A stretch of DNA of 64,000 nucleotides from an uncultured Planctomycetales bacterium (lineage in GTDB: Bacteria > Omnitrophota > Gorgyraeia > Zapsychrales > JAHFFX01), in contig CAYXGG010000008.1 of the NCBI GenBank assembly GCA_964464475.1, positions 27,294 through 91,293 on the forward strand, given 5' to 3'. Numbering within the stretch: position 1 is the first letter of the stretch; each line of letters begins with the position of its first letter. Both the position numbers and the translations under genes were made by a program. The notes below the pieces were generated by a model, which worked only from the letters and a program-made list of their open reading frames with translations, made no database searches and was not told where the DNA came from. Shown here piece by piece: positions 60,535 to 64,000 of this stretch.

Positions 60535-62547
60535 ATGGTCCAATCGTTAGTTATTGTTGAGTCTCCTGCCAAAGTCAAAACGATCAACAAGATTTTGGGT
60601 AGCAAATTTAAAGTAACATCTTCCATGGGGCATTTGATTGACTTGCCCAAATCTACCTTAGGCGTTAACTTGGAAGAAAATTTTTTGGCCAAAATGGTGG
60701 TCGTCCGCAGCAAACAGAAAGTCCTTACGCAACTCAAGAAGGAAGCAAAGACCAAAGATAATATTTATATTGCGACGGATCCGGATCGGGAAGGTGAAGC
60801 GATTGGCTGGAATCTGATGCAGCATCTGGGCAAAGACAAAAAATATTTTCGTGTCACGTTTAATGAAATTACCAAAGAAGCGGTTCTTAAGGCTTTTGAT
60901 AAGCCGATGGAATTTGATCATAAGAAAATTGAAGCCCAAGTCGCGCGACGCGTGTTAGATAGAATCGTCGGTTATCAGATTAGCCCGCTTCTATGGAAAA
61001 AAGTGGGATCTCGTTTAAGCGCCGGACGTGTGCAGTCGGTGGCACTAAGGTTAATTGTCGACCGAGAACGAGCCATTAAAAGTTTTGTGCCTCAGGAATA
61101 TTGGCAGATTGAAGTGGATTTAAAGAAATCCGGGCTTGATGCGGTTTTGACCGCGGCCTTGGAAAAAATTAACGGACAGAAATTGGACATCACCAATAAA
61201 AGCGATACGGACCAGGCCGTGGCGCAGATTAAACGCGAAGCTTTTGAAGTCGCGCAGATTACCAAAAGGGAGGTCAAACGGAATCCTTCCGCCCCGTTTA
61301 TTACCAGCACCTTGCAGCAAGATGCTTTTAATAAATTGGGTTATAACGCGCAGAAAACAATGATGATTGCTCAACAACTTTATGAAGGTATTGAATTAGG
61401 CGGAGATGAACCGATTGGTTTAATCACCTACATGCGTACCGATTCCGTTAACATCGCCAAGGAAGCTGTCGCACGGGTGAGAGATTATATCCAAGAACAT
61501 TTTGGCGAAAAGTATTTGCCCGCTTCCCCCAACGTTTATAAATCAAAAAAATCCGCTCAACAGGCGCACGAGGCTATTCGTCCTTCCGACGTGTCGCGTG
61601 CTCCTCAAGATGTTAAAAAGTTTCTCGATGAAGATCAATTTAGGTTATATGAACTGATTTGGCGACGTTTTGTCAGTTGCCAGATGGTTCCGGCGATTTA
61701 TCAGTTTAAAAAGTTGGAAATTTCAGCCGGACGATTTTTGTTCGGCGCTTCAGGATCAACACTGATCTTCGATGGCTTTCTTAAAATAGGGGCCGAAGAT
61801 CGCGAAGAACAAGAGAAGGCTGACCTTTCTGCGTATGCGCAGGGCGACAAATTGGAATGCCTGGAGATTCGTCCCAGCCAACATTTCACTAAACCGCCGG
61901 CACGTTTTTCAGAAGCGACGCTAGTCAAGGCCCTGGAAGAGGACGGAATCGGCCGTCCCAGTACTTACGCATCAATTATTCAAACCCTGGTATTGCGTAA
62001 TTACGTTTTGCGTGAGCGGGGCTACTTTATGGCCACCGATTTAGGGATGAAAATTTGTGATCTCTTGGTGCAATATTTTACTAAGATCATGGACATCACT
62101 TTTACCGCTTCCATGGAAGAAAACCTGGATCAAGTCGAAGAAGGAACCATGGAATACGCCAAGTTGCTGGCTGACTTTTATGAGCCGTTTAAAAAAGAGT
62201 TGGATTACGCGATGGCGAACATGGAAAAAACACAGAATTTAATCGATAAAAAATGTCCGCTGTGCGCTCGACCCTTGGCCATCAAATGGGGACGCAAAGG
62301 AAAATTTGTCAGCTGTACAGGTTTTCCGGAATGCAAACACGCCGAACCTTTCGCGACCGGAGTGATGTGTCCGGAACCCAATTGCGGGGGAGAACTCGTG
62401 GAGCGTCGTTCCAAGCGAGGAGGCATTTTTTATGGTTGCAGTCGATTTCCCGAGTGTAAACACATCGAAAATAAGCTTCCGGAAGTAGCGGCGTCTTCTC
62501 ATCCGGAGGCTTCCTCTTCAGCTACCAACGGAGAGGATGACTTGTAA
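60535..62547 (+). CDS. topA: DNA topoisomerase I with C-terminal C4 zinc ribbons
   Basis: …LVIVESPAKVKTI… Toprim; catalytic Tyr region; two C-x2-C…C-x2-C zinc fingers at the C-terminus. Confidence 0.9.
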   Translation: MVQSLVIVESPAKVKTINKILGSKFKVTSSMGHLIDLPKSTLGVNLEENFLAKMVVVRSKQKVLTQLKKEAKTKDNIYIATDPDREGEAIGWNLMQHLGKDKKYFRVTFNEITKEAVLKAFDKPMEFDHKKIEAQVARRVLDRIVGYQISPLLWKKVGSRLSAGRVQSVALRLIVDRERAIKSFVPQEYWQIEVDLKKSGLDAVLTAALEKINGQKLDITNKSDTDQAVAQIKREAFEVAQITKREVKRNPSAPFITSTLQQDAFNKLGYNAQKTMMIAQQLYEGIELGGDEPIGLITYMRTDSVNIAKEAVARVRDYIQEHFGEKYLPASPNVYKSKKSAQQAHEAIRPSDVSRAPQDVKKFLDEDQFRLYELIWRRFVSCQMVPAIYQFKKLEISAGRFLFGASGSTLIFDGFLKIGAEDREEQEKADLSAYAQGDKLECLEIRPSQHFTKPPARFSEATLVKALEEDGIGRPSTYASIIQTLVLRNYVLRERGYFMATDLGMKICDLLVQYFTKIMDITFTASMEENLDQVEEGTMEYAKLLADFYEPFKKELDYAMANMEKTQNLIDKKCPLCARPLAIKWGRKGKFVSCTGFPECKHAEPFATGVMCPEPNCGGELVERRSKRGGIFYGCSRFPECKHIENKLPEVAASSHPEASSSATNGEDDL

Positions 62548-62555
62548 AGGTCTCC

Positions 62556-63419
62556 ATGAACCGTTACCTGGATAAATTCTTATCCTATTTGGACGTTGAG
62601 AAAAATTATTCTGCACATACCTTACTCAATTATCGTTTGGATCTGATTGAATTCTTGAAATTCACCGCGGATCTACCGGTTGAACAGGTAGACTATTTAG
62701 TTTTGAGGAAGTACCTGGCGCATTTACGTAGCCTTAATCATCGTCCCCGAACGGTCGCGCGTAAACTTTCTTCGTTACGTAGTTTTTTTCGTTTTTTACA
62801 GCGGGAAAATCATATTAAGGACAATCCGGCGATCCTCTTGCAGACTCCCAAACTAGATAAGAAATTGCCGAATTTTTTAAGTGAAAAAGAAATGGTGGCC
62901 ATGATTGAAGCGCCATCCGGTGATGAAGAATCGAGTCTAAGGGACCGCGCGATTTTTGAGACGCTCTATTCAACGGGTATTCGTGTTTCCGAGTTGGTGG
63001 GACTCAATTCCGAGCATGTTGATTTTATTGGTAATATTATCAAGGTCATGGGCAAAGGAAAGAAGGAGCGACTGGTTCCGATCGGGAATCAAGCGTTGAG
63101 GGCGCTGCAGGATTATTTGGGGCGCCGTAAACGTCAGAGTTCGGCGTTATTTTTGAATCGAAATGGCGGTCGCTTGACCACGCGCAGCATTGTTAATATC
63201 ACCAAGAAATATTTGGCGCAAACTGCGATTTTGCAGAACGTGTCCCCGCATGTCTTGCGGCATTCTTTCGCGACGCATTTGTTGAATCGAGGCGCTGATT
63301 TGCGTTCCGTCCAAGAATTGCTGGGCCACGTGAATCTTTCTACGACTCAGATTTATACGCACGTGACTACCGAACGACTTAAAGAAGTTTACGACAAGGC
63401 CCATCCTCACGCCCGCTAG
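62556..63419 (+). CDS. tyrosine recombinase XerC/XerD family
   Basis: R…HxxR…Y catalytic pattern (…LRHSFATHLL…, …TQIYTHV…); conserved dprA-topA-xer neighbourhood. Confidence 0.85.
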   Translation: MNRYLDKFLSYLDVEKNYSAHTLLNYRLDLIEFLKFTADLPVEQVDYLVLRKYLAHLRSLNHRPRTVARKLSSLRSFFRFLQRENHIKDNPAILLQTPKLDKKLPNFLSEKEMVAMIEAPSGDEESSLRDRAIFETLYSTGIRVSELVGLNSEHVDFIGNIIKVMGKGKKERLVPIGNQALRALQDYLGRRKRQSSALFLNRNGGRLTTRSIVNITKKYLAQTAILQNVSPHVLRHSFATHLLNRGADLRSVQELLGHVNLSTTQIYTHVTTERLKEVYDKAHPHAR

Positions 63420-63430
63420 GAGGGAACGCT

Positions 63431-64000
63431 ATGGTTATTATTTATGATTTGATTTTTCTTGTTTACGCGATCGTGACGCTGCCGGTTCTATTGCTTAAGG
63501 GTAAGTGGCACGAGAGTTTCGCTCAACGTTTTGGCAGTTTTTCAGCGGCCTTATTGGCGCGCTTGCGTGAGAAAAGGAACCTTTGGATTCACGCGGTGAG
63601 TGTCGGTGAAGTGCAAGCCGTGGGCGGACTGATTAAGGAGTTGAAGAAAGCCTATCCACAGTATCAGCTGGTTTTGACGACCGTCACTAAAACTGGCTTT
63701 GAACTTGCGCAACAAAATTTTGCTCAGGAATGTTTGGTATTGTATGCGCCCGTAGATTTGAGTTGGTCGGTGCGCCGTTTTGTTCGTAATGTATCTCCAA
63801 CGGTTTATCTTGTGGCTGAGACCGAAATTTGGCCTAATTTATGGTTAGCGCTTGGCAAAGACAGAATTCCGATTGTCCAGGTCAACGGCCGGATTTCTGA
63901 TCAGGCCTTCGGGCGATATGAACGGATCAAATGGCTATTGGCTCCAATTATTAATAAAGCGCATTTATTTTGCATGCAAAGCGAACGTGATGTGAAACGA
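63431..64000 (+). CDS. waaA: 3-deoxy-D-manno-octulosonic acid transferase (N-terminal part; continues beyond window)
   Basis: …LWIHAVSVGEVQA… hallmark near the N-terminus; truncated by the window end. Confidence 0.8.
   Translation, partial: MVIIYDLIFLVYAIVTLPVLLLKGKWHESFAQRFGSFSAALLARLREKRNLWIHAVSVGEVQAVGGLIKELKKAYPQYQLVLTTVTKTGFELAQQNFAQECLVLYAPVDLSWSVRRFVRNVSPTVYLVAETEIWPNLWLALGKDRIPIVQVNGRISDQAFGRYERIKWLLAPIINKAHLFCMQSERDVKR

Noticed and set aside
62556-63419. Tyrosine recombinase as a possible integrase of a mobile element
   Set aside because: It lies in a conserved dprA-topA-xerC/D housekeeping neighbourhood, with no flanking tRNA-proximal direct repeats and no phage or IS genes nearby; the next gene is waaA.

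Overview
Single contiguous bacterial chromosomal segment, about 48% GC, densely coded and mostly on the + strand. It carries LPS and outer-membrane genes (lpxB, msbA, start of kdtA/waaA, AsmA, a beta-barrel OMP), so the organism is diderm; the lineage cannot be assigned from sequence alone. Housekeeping content: pckA, fbaB, pfkA, rpsB-tsf-pyrH-frr, a tRNA-Lys/Leu/Gly cluster, ptsN-yvcK-ptsH-ptsI, metK-ahcY, ilvC, leuA, aroE, pilD, aroK, dprA-topA-xerC. Accessory content: a complete MoxR-DUF58-BatA-BatB-BatC-BatD-BatE aerotolerance-type operon (22.5-31.1 kb), and a polysaccharide deacetylase followed by a 1094-aa protein that may be glycoside-phosphorylase-like. The most unusual region is a tightly packed, apparently co-transcribed cluster at 2.8-11.1 kb of membrane-bound or secreted thiol-redox proteins: a DsbA-like thioredoxin, DoxX, a signal-peptide-bearing Memo-AMMECR1 fusion (AmmeMemoRadiSam components with no radical-SAM partner nearby), a small TM protein, an HTTM (vitamin-K-dependent gamma-carboxylase-like) domain fused to a DCC/DUF393 thiol-disulfide oxidoreductase, a novel four-repeat secreted protein, a secreted degenerate superoxide-reductase-like domain and a DUF255 thioredoxin-domain protein. 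No CRISPR array, IS element, rRNA or prophage was seen. Many CDS use GTG/TTG starts or overlap neighbours by 1-4 nt (TAATG/TGATG), and two promoters appear to give leaderless mRNAs. All functional calls come from recognised motifs and family resemblance read by eye; no database search was run.
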